Positions 42,935 through 52,338 of a DNA stretch of 64,000 nt are shown here, one piece after another. The stretch spans positions 2,656,001-2,720,000 of the forward strand of contig OY729431.1 in NCBI GenBank assembly GCA_963422395.1, given 5' to 3'. The DNA comes from Vicinamibacteria bacterium. Its GTDB lineage: Bacteria > Acidobacteriota > Vicinamibacteria > Marinacidobacterales > Marinacidobacteraceae. The notes below the pieces were generated by a model that was not told the origin of the DNA, ran no database searches, and saw nothing but the letters and a program-made list of their open reading frames with translations. The translations under genes were made by a program, and so were the position numbers. Numbering within the stretch: position 1 is the stretch's first letter; each line of letters opens with the position of its first letter.

Positions 42935-44151
42935 CCTTCCGCCGCCGGGTATTCGGAGAACGGATCGAGGCGCACCAGGACCTGCGCCGCAAGACCTTCC
43001 CCGCGGCCGGCGAAACCCATCCCGTCGGTGGTAGTGGCCTTCACTCCGACCGCACACACGGGAATCGCCAGAAGTTCGCCCAGTACGCGGCGGATCTCCG
43101 GAACGCGCGGCGCGAGCCGCGGCCGTTCGGCGATCACCGTGCAGTCCACCTGCCCGGGACGATATCCGGCGGCGGCGGCGATTTCGCGGGCGTGCTCCAC
43201 GAAGTGCCGGCTCGCCTGCCCCCGCAGGGCTTCGTCCGACGACGGAAAGAGCGAGCCGAGGTCAGGAGCAGCGATCGCCCCGAGAATGGCATCGGCCAGG
43301 GCGTGGAGCAACGCATCGCCGTCGGAGTGCCCCTCGAGTCGGGAGGTTCCTTCGAACCGGGTGCCTCCGAGGAGGAGGGTGCCTTCTCGGCCGAAACGGT
43401 GGGCGTCGCATCCGATGCCCAGACGCGGCATGCGCGGACGCTCGCCGAAACCGCTCCGAAGGAACTCCAGATCGGCGGGTTCGGTGACCTTCAGGTTCCG
43501 CTGGCTGCCGGCAACGATGTGGATGGGATGGCCCGCCCACCGCACCGCAGAAGCCTCGTCGGTGCCGACGAATCCGACGGACGCAGCGCGGGCCAGGGCG
43601 TCCGCGAGGAGGTCCCGACGAAAACACTGGGGGGTCTGGGCCGCAGCGGTCCGTTCACGGTCCAGAACGGCGTCGGCCGCTCCCTCGGCATCCAAACGCC
43701 AGAGGGTGTCCGGCGGGCGGACAGCAGGGATTGCGGCGCCATGAGCGGCGGCGGCTTCGATCACCCGGGCGATCAGCGATTCCGGGGCCGCCGGACGGGC
43801 GCCGTCGTGGACCAGGACGAATTCGGGGGCGCCTCCTTTCGCCTGGGTCCAAACTTCTTCGAGAGCTGCGAGCCCCCGGCGAGCCGACTCCTGCCGTGTC
43901 TTCCCCCCCGGCAAGAACGAGACCCGGGAACCGTGGGAAGCGAGGAAGGGATGCACCCGTTCCCGGAATCGTTCGAAGTTCTCCCGCGGAAGCACGAGCA
44001 CCACACGTTCGACTTCGGGATGGGCGATCACCGCCTCCGCGGCGCGAACTGCCAGCGGGCGGCCCGCCAGCGGGAGAAACTGCTTCGGCTCTCCGTCACC
44101 GCCGAAGCGGCTGCCGGAACCGGCGGCGACGACGACTCCCCCGACCGTCAC
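42931..44151 (-). CDS. ispDF: Bifunctional IspD/IspF
   Basis: IspD motifs AAGSGSRF..PKQF, VLVHDGARP, QTPQ, NLKVT; IspF motifs GCDAH, GHSDGD..HA..DAILGA, VKATTTD. Confidence 0.95.
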   Translation of the reverse strand: MTVGGVVVAAGSGSRFGGDGEPKQFLPLAGRPLAVRAAEAVIAHPEVERVVLVLPRENFERFRERVHPFLASHGSRVSFLPGGKTRQESARRGLAALEEVWTQAKGGAPEFVLVHDGARPAAPESLIARVIEAAAAHGAAIPAVRPPDTLWRLDAEGAADAVLDRERTAAAQTPQCFRRDLLADALARAASVGFVGTDEASAVRWAGHPIHIVAGSQRNLKVTEPADLEFLRSGFGERPRMPRLGIGCDAHRFGREGTLLLGGTRFEGTSRLEGHSDGDALLHALADAILGAIAAPDLGSLFPSSDEALRGQASRHFVEHAREIAAAAGYRPGQVDCTVIAERPRLAPRVPEIRRVLGELLAIPVCAVGVKATTTDGMGFAGRGEGLAAQVLVRLDPFSEYPAAEG

Positions 44152-45572
44152 TTCGGAACGCGCTCCGAATCGCCGCGTGACTTTGGAAACAGGGCGAGGG
44201 CATCCCCCAGCGTCTGGACGGGAACGAGGTCGATGTCCACCGGACGCTCACCGCCGTGGATACCGTCCGGATTCAGGATGGCCCGGCGAAACCCGAGCCT
44301 CGCAGCTTCACGGAGGCGGAGACCTGCCTGATGTACCGGTCGGACCTCTCCCGAAAGCCCGACTTCACCGATATAGAGCGAGCCTTCGGGAAGTGGAACA
44401 GCCCGCCGACGGGATGCCACCGCGGCGAGAAGACCGAGATCGGCGGCAGGTTCCGTCACCGAGAGCCCCCCGGTCACGGAGACATACACATCGCTGCGCG
44501 CCAGTCCGCCGCCCGCGCGCGCGTCCAGCACCGCCAGCAGCACTGCGAGCCGGCCGCTATCGAAGCCCACCGTGACCCGCCGCGGGTAGGCGAGCGGACT
44601 TTCGGCGATCAACACCTGGATTTCGGCGAGCAGCGGACGGCTCCCTTCGAGGGTGCAGACCACGGCGGAACCCGGTTTCGGGGCGCCGCCGGCGAGGAAC
44701 AGTTGCGAAGGGTTTTCGACCGGGAACAGTCCCTGGGCCGTCATGTCGAAAACGCCCAGCTCGCCCGCGGCGCCGAAGCGGTTCTTGACGGCGCGCAACA
44801 AGCGATGCGACTGCCGGCGGTCGCCCTCGAAGTACAGAACGGTGTCCACGACATGTTCGAGAGTGCGGGGTCCGGCGATCGCTCCGTCCTTGTTCACATG
44901 GCCGATCAGGAAGACTGGAACCTGGGTGGCCTTGGCGTAGAGAACCAGCGCCGCCGCCGATTCCCGCACCTGAGAGACCGTCCCCGGGGCGCTGCTGATG
45001 TCCGGGCAGTGGACACACTGCACCGAATCGAGGATCACCAGCCGCGGGGAAAGGCGGCGCGCCGCTTCCAGGATCCGGGGGATGTCCGTCTCCGCATAGA
45101 GGACGAGGGACGGCGGATCGAGACCCAACCGTTCGCCGCGCTGCTTCAGCTGAAGCTCGGATTCCTCTCCACTGACATAGAGGACCGGAGCGTCGCTGCC
45201 GTTCTCCGCCGCCGCCGCCGCCGCGAGCTGCAAGAGCAGGGTGCTCTTCCCGGCGCCGGGCTCGCCCGCCACCAGGACCGCCGATCCCGGCACCACTCCG
45301 CCGCCCAGTACCCGGTCGAGTTCCCCGATTCCCACCGGGCGCCTCCGCGCGGCGGCGGTGTCCACCGCGTCCCAGCGGACCGGAGATGTCGTTCCTCCCG
45401 CGGCTGCCGCCGCAAAAGCGCGCCAGCCACCCTTCGGACCGGTATCCGCCGACGCGGCGGCTTGCTCGACGAGCGGGGACTGGCTTTCGCAGGAGGGGCA
45501 GTACCCCATCCAGCGCGAGTAGTCCTGGCCGCACTCGCTACAGGCGAAGCGGACGGAGGACTTCCTGGCCAC
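44148..45572 (-). CDS. radA: DNA repair protein RadA/Sms
   Basis: CSECG..CPSC zinc finger, GEPGAGKST, KNRFG. GTG start at 45572. Confidence 0.97.
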   Translation of the reverse strand: MARKSSVRFACSECGQDYSRWMGYCPSCESQSPLVEQAAASADTGPKGGWRAFAAAAAGGTTSPVRWDAVDTAAARRRPVGIGELDRVLGGGVVPGSAVLVAGEPGAGKSTLLLQLAAAAAAENGSDAPVLYVSGEESELQLKQRGERLGLDPPSLVLYAETDIPRILEAARRLSPRLVILDSVQCVHCPDISSAPGTVSQVRESAAALVLYAKATQVPVFLIGHVNKDGAIAGPRTLEHVVDTVLYFEGDRRQSHRLLRAVKNRFGAAGELGVFDMTAQGLFPVENPSQLFLAGGAPKPGSAVVCTLEGSRPLLAEIQVLIAESPLAYPRRVTVGFDSGRLAVLLAVLDARAGGGLARSDVYVSVTGGLSVTEPAADLGLLAAVASRRRAVPLPEGSLYIGEVGLSGEVRPVHQAGLRLREAARLGFRRAILNPDGIHGGERPVDIDLVPVQTLGDALALFPKSRGDSERVPK

Positions 45573-45576
45573 CGGA

Positions 45577-47046
45577 TCAGATCCCCGGTTCCAGGGGATA
45601 GTCCGACACCGGATATTCGGACTCCTCGTCCTCGTCCCGCCCGCTCTCGTCCACCATGGTCTCGAATCGGGTGTACTGCGGGATCCATGCCAGCCGCGCG
45701 AAACCGGTTGGCCCGTTGCGGTTCTTGGCCACGATGATCCTTCGGACGGGGGATTCCTCATCCTGCCCGGTGAAATCAGCGGGGCCTGCGGAGCGGCTCG
45801 GGCGGGGCCGCCTCGCCGCCTCGCCGCCGGAATCGGCAGATCTTCTGCGCCCGTCGCGGTGGATGAACAGCACGATGTCGGCGTCCTGCTCCAGCGCACC
45901 GGATTCGCGGAGATCCGAGAGCTGGGGCTGCGAAAACTCCCTTTTGTCCGGGGCCCGGCTGAGTTGGGAGAGCGCGAGCACCGGGACCTTGAGTTCCTTG
46001 CCCAGCGATTTGAGCGACCGACTGATTTCCGCGATCTCGATATTCCGGTTTTCGAAACGCCGCTCTCCGGCCTCGGCCCCGCGCATGAGCTGCAGGTAGT
46101 CCACCATGATCAGGTCGAGCCCCTCTTCGCGAAGGAGCTGCCGCGCTTTCGAGCGAAGTTCCACGGGCGTGACATTCGAGTCGTCCACATGGATGCGCAT
46201 GTCCTGGAGGACGGGCAGCGAGCGCCGGAGAAGCTTCCGATCCCGCTCACCGAGCATTTCGCGGCCGGAGAACATCTGCGAGTTCACCCACGCATGGGAA
46301 AAGAGCAGCCGGATAGCGATCTGCCGAAGCGGCATCTCGAGGCTGAAGATCAACACCGACTTTCTGGAAACGGGGCCGGCGGCCGCCAGGGCGATGTTGA
46401 GCGCCAGACTCGTCTTCCCCTCTCCCGGACGGGCGCCGAGAAGGATGAGATCCGACTTCCGAAGTCCGCCGATCAGCTTGTCCAGCTTCTCGAATCCGGT
46501 TGGAATCCCGGCGAAGTCCTCCCGCTTCTGCTCGGACTCAGCGGCGATGCGGCGGACTTCTTCGGTGATCCGCACCGGGCCGGAACCGAAGGAGCCCTCG
46601 GTGATCTCGAAGAGATGTTTCTCCGCAGCCGCCATGACCTGCTTCGGGGGGTCCCGGACCGCTTCGCCGGCCAGCTGGCTCCCCAACCGGTGCAGCTGGC
46701 GGCTGAGCGAGTGATCCCGCACCACCCGGGCGTAGTCCTCGGCATTCGAGGAACGCGCCACTCCCCCGATGAGCTCGCCGAGATAGGCCGCGCCGCCCGC
46801 CGCTGCCAGCTGCCCTTCCCGCTCCAGTTGCGCACGCACGGTGACGAGGTCGATCCGGCGTCTCTCGCCGGCATCGTCCAGGGCGCAAAATGCCTGGAAG
46901 ATGCGCTGGTGCCGCGCGTCGAGGAAATCCTTCGCCGCGACGAGTTCCCGCACCGTATCGAGCTGTCGATCGTCCACCAGGACGGCAGCGAGCACCGCCC
47001 GCTCCGCGCCGGGATCATGCGGAAGCTGTCCGTCTGCTTCCGCCAC
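45577..47046 (-). CDS. dnaB: Replicative DNA helicase
   Basis: GARPGEGKT, FSLEM, VDYLQL, LSDLRESGALEQDAD, AKNRNGPTG. Confidence 0.97.
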   Translation of the reverse strand: MAEADGQLPHDPGAERAVLAAVLVDDRQLDTVRELVAAKDFLDARHQRIFQAFCALDDAGERRRIDLVTVRAQLEREGQLAAAGGAAYLGELIGGVARSSNAEDYARVVRDHSLSRQLHRLGSQLAGEAVRDPPKQVMAAAEKHLFEITEGSFGSGPVRITEEVRRIAAESEQKREDFAGIPTGFEKLDKLIGGLRKSDLILLGARPGEGKTSLALNIALAAAGPVSRKSVLIFSLEMPLRQIAIRLLFSHAWVNSQMFSGREMLGERDRKLLRRSLPVLQDMRIHVDDSNVTPVELRSKARQLLREEGLDLIMVDYLQLMRGAEAGERRFENRNIEIAEISRSLKSLGKELKVPVLALSQLSRAPDKREFSQPQLSDLRESGALEQDADIVLFIHRDGRRRSADSGGEAARRPRPSRSAGPADFTGQDEESPVRRIIVAKNRNGPTGFARLAWIPQYTRFETMVDESGRDEDEESEYPVSDYPLEPGI

Positions 47047-47182
47047 TGCCCGATCCTTTGCCTACTTTCCTCGGCCGATCCCGAACCCCTGGACCGCCGC
47101 CGCCCTTATCACCCTGCCCGGCGTCGAACGCAGCGGCGGGGAGGGCCGGACACCGCGAAGAAATTCGGGCCAGTCTTCCGGG

Positions 47183-47752
47183 TCAGTCTTCCGGGGCCGG
47201 CGGGCCGGGGACGGAACCGCCATCCTCCCCTGCTGCCGCCGTTTCGGCAGCGGCAGGCGCCTCGCTCGGGATCGCCGAAGCAGCGTCCAGCCCGAGAGAG
47301 GCCGCCGCGGCCGGCTCCACCTGGATCTGAAGATTCACCCCGACTTCCGGGTGGAGCCGCACCAGCACCGACGAATCGCCGGTCTTCTTGATCGGGCTGC
47401 CGAGAACGATGCGGTTCCGGGCGATGGTGAACCCGGCTTCCGCCAATTCGCGGCCGATGTCCTGGATCGAAACCGAGCCGTACAACTCGTCGGAATCGGT
47501 CTTGACCCGACGTTCGAAGCGGAGAGTCCGTCCCTCGAGCGCCGCCGCGAGGGCACGCGCCGCTTCCACTTCTTCGACCCTCCGGACGGCCCAGGACTTT
47601 CGGGCCTGGGCGACCTCCCGACGGTTGTCCTCCGTGATCGGCACGGCGATGCGGCGAGGCAGAAGATAGTTCCTGGCATAACCGGCGCGGACCTCCACCT
47701 CGTCCCCGGGTTCTCCGAGGGAGTCGACCGGTCGTCGCAGCAGCAGGCGCAT
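47183..47752 (-). CDS. rplI: 50S ribosomal protein L9
   Basis: GYARNYLLP, LYGSV, LHPEV; Ala/Pro-rich tail. Confidence 0.96.
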   Translation of the reverse strand: MRLLLRRPVDSLGEPGDEVEVRAGYARNYLLPRRIAVPITEDNRREVAQARKSWAVRRVEEVEAARALAAALEGRTLRFERRVKTDSDELYGSVSIQDIGRELAEAGFTIARNRIVLGSPIKKTGDSSVLVRLHPEVGVNLQIQVEPAAAASLGLDAASAIPSEAPAAAETAAAGEDGGSVPGPPAPED

Positions 47753-47762
47753 CGATCCCTCC

Positions 47763-48008
47763 TCACTCGTAGGGCAGCAGAGCCATCTGGCGGGCACGTT
47801 TGATGGCGACCCGGATCTGCCGCTGCGTACGGGCATTCGCACGGGAGACCCGTCGCGGCGCGATCTTCCCCCGATCGCCGAGGAACTCTCGAAGGAAATC
47901 CACATCCTTCCAGTCCACCCGACCCACGCCGCTCAGAACGGGGTTGACTCTCACCCGACGTGGGCCGGAGCGCCGACGCCGACGCGGGGCTGCAGGTTTT
48001 TCGCTCAT
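47763..48008 (-). CDS. rpsR: 30S ribosomal protein S18 (Cys-free form)
   Basis: [33 protein letters not shown]. Confidence 0.95.
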   Translation of the reverse strand: MSEKPAAPRRRRRSGPRRVRVNPVLSGVGRVDWKDVDFLREFLGDRGKIAPRRVSRANARTQRQIRVAIKRARQMALLPYE

Positions 48009-48021
48009 CGAAGACTCCTTC

Positions 48022-48498
48022 TCATGGGGTGGTCGCGGCCGTTTCGAGATCCGCGGGGGCGCGCCCGTCACCGGCGGGCGGCTCCTGATCGGATTCGGCT
48101 CGTGTCTGTCGGGCCTCTTCCGCCTTGGCGGCCGCCTCGGCAGCCGCCGCCGCGCGCGCGGCGCGTTCCTCCCGGCGGCGCCGGTCCGCAGCCTGGTCCT
48201 GTTCGCGGGTCTCCTCGTCGGTGCGAAGGACGAGGAAGCGGAGAACGCCTTCCGCGAGCCGCACCCGGCGCTCGATCCCCTGGATCGAGTCCGGCGGAGC
48301 ATCGAAATAGCAGAGCATGTAGAGGCCCTCGTGGTGCCCCGCGATCGGATAGGCGAGCCGCCTTCGCTCCCACGGCTTCAGGCTGATGATCCGCCCTCCC
48401 TGGGATTTGAGGATCTCCTCGACCCGCTCGACGACAGCAAGCGATGCGGCATCGTCCAGCGTCGGGTCCAAGAGGAACATGAATTCGTAGCCACTCAT
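48022..48498 (-). CDS. rpsF: 30S ribosomal protein S6
   Basis: [25 protein letters not shown]. Confidence 0.95.
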   Translation of the reverse strand: MSGYEFMFLLDPTLDDAASLAVVERVEEILKSQGGRIISLKPWERRRLAYPIAGHHEGLYMLCYFDAPPDSIQGIERRVRLAEGVLRFLVLRTDEETREQDQAADRRRREERAARAAAAAEAAAKAEEARQTRAESDQEPPAGDGRAPADLETAATTP

Positions 48499-48565
48499 CG
48501 AACGGTGTCTCCTGCGCCGCCTCGCGACGGGGCATTCCCGGCGAACAGCCGGCCGGGATTCCTGA

Positions 48566-49192
48566 TCATGCGGGCGTCCGGTTGAACCGGTTCATCGCGG
48601 TTTCGAGGCCCTGTCCGACCGCGGTTTCGATCGCTTCCACCGCGCGGGCCAACAACGCTGCAACCGGTTGGACTTCGCTCGGCTCGAACGGGGAAAGCAC
48701 ATGGTCGGCCGGGTCTCCGCCCTGCGGGGGGGCGCCGACTCCAAGCCGCATCCGGGGCACTTCGATCGTCCCCAGGGAACGAAACACGGAGGCCAAACCA
48801 TTGTGCCCGCCATCGCTTCCGCGCCGCCGGGTCCGGAGGGCTCCCAGGGGAAGCGCATAGTCGTCGCACACCACGAGTGCCGCACCAGGAGGCACTCGCC
48901 GGATCTCGAGCAGGCGGCGCAGCGGCCCGCCGCTGCGGTTCATGAAGCCTGTCGGGCAGAGCAGCGCCACTTCCCGGCCGGCGATTCCGGCTTCCAGGAG
49001 AGTCCCGCCAGCGAAAGCGCACCGCCGTGAGGTCCGACCATCGAGCAGTGCCGCAACCGCTTCGAACCCGATGTTGTGCCGCGTGCCGGCATAGCGCGCA
49101 CCAGGGTTTCCGAGACCGACGATGATCCGAATCTCGGGGATCCGAACCTCGGAGGCGTGCTTTTCCGGGGCGTGCATCTCGGGGTTTCGCAT
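48566..49192 (-). CDS. pth: Peptidyl-tRNA hydrolase
   Basis: IVGLGNPG..Y..TRHNIGF, FMNRSG, GSDGGHNGL. Start uncertain (49192, 49210 or 49282). Confidence 0.95.
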   Translation of the reverse strand: MRNPEMHAPEKHASEVRIPEIRIIVGLGNPGARYAGTRHNIGFEAVAALLDGRTSRRCAFAGGTLLEAGIAGREVALLCPTGFMNRSGGPLRRLLEIRRVPPGAALVVCDDYALPLGALRTRRRGSDGGHNGLASVFRSLGTIEVPRMRLGVGAPPQGGDPADHVLSPFEPSEVQPVAALLARAVEAIETAVGQGLETAMNRFNRTPA

Positions 49193-49307
49193 CGGCGTCC
49201 GGTCCGACATTCGGTCGGGCGTCCGGATCGTTTCCGGAGAACGAACCGCCGCCGGCTCACGATCCAGAAGAACGGGGAGCACCGTCTTCGATCAGGCTGC
49301 CAACGGT

Positions 49308-49943
49308 TCACTCGGCAGCAGTCTCTTCAGGAGTTTCCCCCGCAACGGCCGCTTCCTCCGAATCCTCGGGGGCCTCGGCACTGACCTTCGGGGCCGAAAC
49401 CTGGACCACGACCACTTCCGGTGCAGTGGCCAGCACCAGGCTTCCGGGCAACTCGATCTGCCCCGCCCGCACGGTATCGCCGTAGTCCAGATCGGCGATG
49501 GAGAGCGGAAGGCGCTCGGGAATGTCGTGGGGGAGGCAGCTCACGGCGAGGGTGCGAGACACGAAGTCGAGATTCCCCCCGCGTTTCACTCCCACCGACT
49601 CCCCTTCGAGGTGGACCGGCACCTGCCATTCCGATTCCCGCTCCAGATCCACCCGGACGAAGTCGGCGTGGAGGACGGAGTGGTCGAGCGGGTGCAGTTG
49701 GTAGTCGTGGATCATCACCTGTTCGGCGTCGAGGTCTCCCTCGACCGAGAGCGCCAGGATGGTGTTGACGCCGCGCGGCGAACGAACGATCTCGGTGATC
49801 CGCCGCGGCGAGACCGATAGCGCGCGCGAGCCGCCGGCGCCGCCGTACACCACGGCGGGAATCCTCCCCGTAGCCCGGAGCCGCCGGCTCGGACCTTTTC
49901 CGATAGCAGTGCGCACGGTTGCCGAAACGCTGACCTGAGGCAT
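49308..49943 (-). CDS. rplY: 50S ribosomal protein L25/Ctc
   Basis: GKG.SRRLR..G.IPAVVYG, HADF, GVKRGG. Confidence 0.95.
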   Translation of the reverse strand: MPQVSVSATVRTAIGKGPSRRLRATGRIPAVVYGGAGGSRALSVSPRRITEIVRSPRGVNTILALSVEGDLDAEQVMIHDYQLHPLDHSVLHADFVRVDLERESEWQVPVHLEGESVGVKRGGNLDFVSRTLAVSCLPHDIPERLPLSIADLDYGDTVRAGQIELPGSLVLATAPEVVVVQVSAPKVSAEAPEDSEEAAVAGETPEETAAE

Positions 49944-50113
49944 GGGGAGGGGGAGGCGATCTCGATGAGGGAGGACTGAAAAAAGAACAGGGGGAGAAAA
50001 CTCCCTGGCGGGAGAGAAGCCTGGCTGCCGATCGCCGACCGGCGGGGGCCTCACGGGTCCCACGGAAAGCGCCTCCTGGAGCTCCCCGCTCGCTGCGGAA
50101 TTCTGGGCGGGAC

Positions 50114-50143
50114 AGTCTATCAGCAGCTGCAGCGGTCTGTCAG
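50114..50143 (-). promoter_or_regulatory. Possible sigma70 promoter for rplY
   Basis: CTGACA-N18-TAGACT overlapping the prs stop codon. Confidence 0.45.
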
Positions 50144-51129
50144 ACGAAGAGCGAACTCACCGACGCTTCTCCGTGGACGCTCTCGATGGCGCGCGCGAAG
50201 AGCGAGGCGACCGAGAGCACCTGGATCTTGGCACTGCTGCCGCGAACCTCGGGAGAGAGCGGGATCGTGTCGCCGACGATGAGCCGTTCGACGGGACCCT
50301 GCTCGATCCGCTCCACCGCCGGGCCGGAAAGCACGGCGTGGGTGCAGACCGCGAGCACCCGGATGGCGCCGGCCTTCCGAAGTGCCTCGGCAGCCCGCAC
50401 CAGGGTGCCCGCGGAATCCACGATGTCGTCCACCAGGACCGCCGAGCGCCCTCGCACATCTCCGACCACATGGATGGTTTCCACTTCGTTGTCGGCGCCA
50501 CGGCGCTTGTCCATCACTGCGATGCCCACACCCAGCGCCTTTCCATAGGCGCGCGCCCGCTCGACACCTCCGGCATCGGGAGACACCACGATCGGCCGAC
50601 CGAGGCGAAGGCCCGGAAAGACCTCCAGCATGACCGGAGTGGCGTACAGGTGGTCCACCGGGATGTCGAAATAGCCCTGGATCTGGCCGGCGTGAAGATC
50701 CATGGCGATCACCCGTTGGACTCCGGCGACGGTCAGCAGATCGGCCACCAGCTTCGCGGAGATGGGGACCCGAGGGCGGTCCTTGCGGTCCTGCCGCGCG
50801 TATCCGTAATACGGAAGCACTGCGTTGATCCGGGCCGCGGAAGCCCGCTTCAGCGCGTCCACCATCAGGAGCAGTTCCATCAGGTTCTCGTTGACCGGCG
50901 GCGAGGTGGACTGGATCACGAAGACATCGGCGCCCCGCACGTTGTCCTCGATCTGGAAACGGATCTCCCCGTCGGCGAAGCGCCCCAGAGCGACCGCCCC
51001 GAGGGAAATCCCGAGATGTCGCGCGATTTCGGCAGCGAGGTTCGGGTTCGATGAGCCGCCGATGACTTTCAGCTCGCCGGCAAACCCGTGGGATCGGCTC
51101 CCGCTTCGGGCAGCGTTCGGTGCCGACAT
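50140..51129 (-). CDS. prs: Ribose-phosphate pyrophosphokinase
   Basis: FADGE, PYYGYARQDRK, DLHAGQIQG, SPDAGG, VDDIVDSAGT. Confidence 0.97.
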   Translation of the reverse strand: MSAPNAARSGSRSHGFAGELKVIGGSSNPNLAAEIARHLGISLGAVALGRFADGEIRFQIEDNVRGADVFVIQSTSPPVNENLMELLLMVDALKRASAARINAVLPYYGYARQDRKDRPRVPISAKLVADLLTVAGVQRVIAMDLHAGQIQGYFDIPVDHLYATPVMLEVFPGLRLGRPIVVSPDAGGVERARAYGKALGVGIAVMDKRRGADNEVETIHVVGDVRGRSAVLVDDIVDSAGTLVRAAEALRKAGAIRVLAVCTHAVLSGPAVERIEQGPVERLIVGDTIPLSPEVRGSSAKIQVLSVASLFARAIESVHGEASVSSLFV

Positions 51130-51253
51130 CAGCGACCGGAGGCCTCGAGTCCGGGCCTCTCGGGGAATCGCCGGCCCCCGACGAACTCCTCACGGCTCGC
51201 GGGCACCGCGGGCGTTCGCCCACGAGCTACCGGAGTCCCGATCCGGGTGCCGG

Positions 51254-51325
51254 CTGGGGCGGAAGGATTCGAACCCTCGTGAACCGGAACCAAAATCCGG
51301 CGCCTAGCCCCTCGGCCACGCCCCA
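51254..51325 (-). tRNA. tRNA-Gln(TTG)
   Basis: TGGGGCG acceptor stem, CCGGA-TTTTGGT-TCCGG anticodon arm, GGTTCGAATCC; conserved ispE-tRNA-prs position. Confidence 0.94.
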
Positions 51326-52329
51326 TGCAGTGCTTCCTCTCCAAAGATCGCCGCCCGGTGTTCCGCCCGCGAGATCGTGCGGGTCGCAACTGCGCGAAAA
51401 CTGTCGCCCGACAGTCGCGCGGCCGCAGTTTCCGCCGCCTCCCGATCCCTGAAGACACCGAACACCGCGGAACCACTCCCTGACATCGCCGTCTCCACAG
51501 CACCGACGGCCGTCAAGGCGCGGCGCATTTCGAAGAGGGCATCGGATGTCCGGGTCTCCCGCAGCACTTCGGACTGCTCCAGATCGTTCGCGAAACGACC
51601 CGTGAGCATTTCCGGAGCGAAGCGGCCCTCGGGCGAACCGGGCCCCATCAGGGGCCAGATTCTAGCAATCCCGTCGGTTCCTCCATCGGTTTCGTGGTCC
51701 TGGGGCGTCAGCGCCGCACTCTCGGGGAGCAAGCGGTAGGCATCTCCCGTCGGGATTTCGAAGCTCGGAATCAGCAGGACGATCTCCACCTCCGGGCCGT
51801 CCGGCAGCGGGAAGACCTGATCGCCCCGCCCAGTGGCGAGTGCCAGACCTCCGTACAGGAAGAACGGAACATCCATCCCGATCCTGGCCGCCGATCGGTG
51901 GAGCGCCGCGCGTGAGAGGCCCAGGCCGAAGCAACGGTTCAGCCCGACCAGAGCCGCCGCGGCATCCGAACTTCCGCCACCGAGCCCTCGCCCCGCCGGA
52001 ATCCGCTTTCGCAGCCGGATCCGGACCCCAGGAAGACCACCGGGAACGCCTTCCCCGAGGAGCGCGGCAGCCCGGAGGACCAGATTGCTGTCGTCGGTCG
52101 GGATGCCCGGCTCCTCGCACCGGAGGCGAACCCCTCCGCCTTCCGTCGGTTCGAACCGGAGTGTGTCCCACAGGGAGATCGAGGCCAGCACGGTGCGGAT
52201 CTGGTGGTACCCGTCAGACCTCTTGCTCTGAACGAAGAGGCCGAGATTGATCTTGGCGGGCGTCCGCAACGCGACCGGCCATCCCGGACCTCCGGGATTT
52301 CGACGCGCAGGCTGCTGCCGCAAGGTCAC
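51304..52329 (-). CDS. ispE: 4-diphosphocytidyl-2-C-methyl-D-erythritol kinase
   Basis: PAKINL, DGYH, KRIP.G.GLGGGSSDAA, NDLE, MSGSGSAVFG. Confidence 0.96.
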   Translation of the reverse strand: MTLRQQPARRNPGGPGWPVALRTPAKINLGLFVQSKRSDGYHQIRTVLASISLWDTLRFEPTEGGGVRLRCEEPGIPTDDSNLVLRAAALLGEGVPGGLPGVRIRLRKRIPAGRGLGGGSSDAAAALVGLNRCFGLGLSRAALHRSAARIGMDVPFFLYGGLALATGRGDQVFPLPDGPEVEIVLLIPSFEIPTGDAYRLLPESAALTPQDHETDGGTDGIARIWPLMGPGSPEGRFAPEMLTGRFANDLEQSEVLRETRTSDALFEMRRALTAVGAVETAMSGSGSAVFGVFRDREAAETAAARLSGDSFRAVATRTISRAEHRAAIFGEEALHGAWPRG

Positions 52330-52338
52330 AACTCCGGA

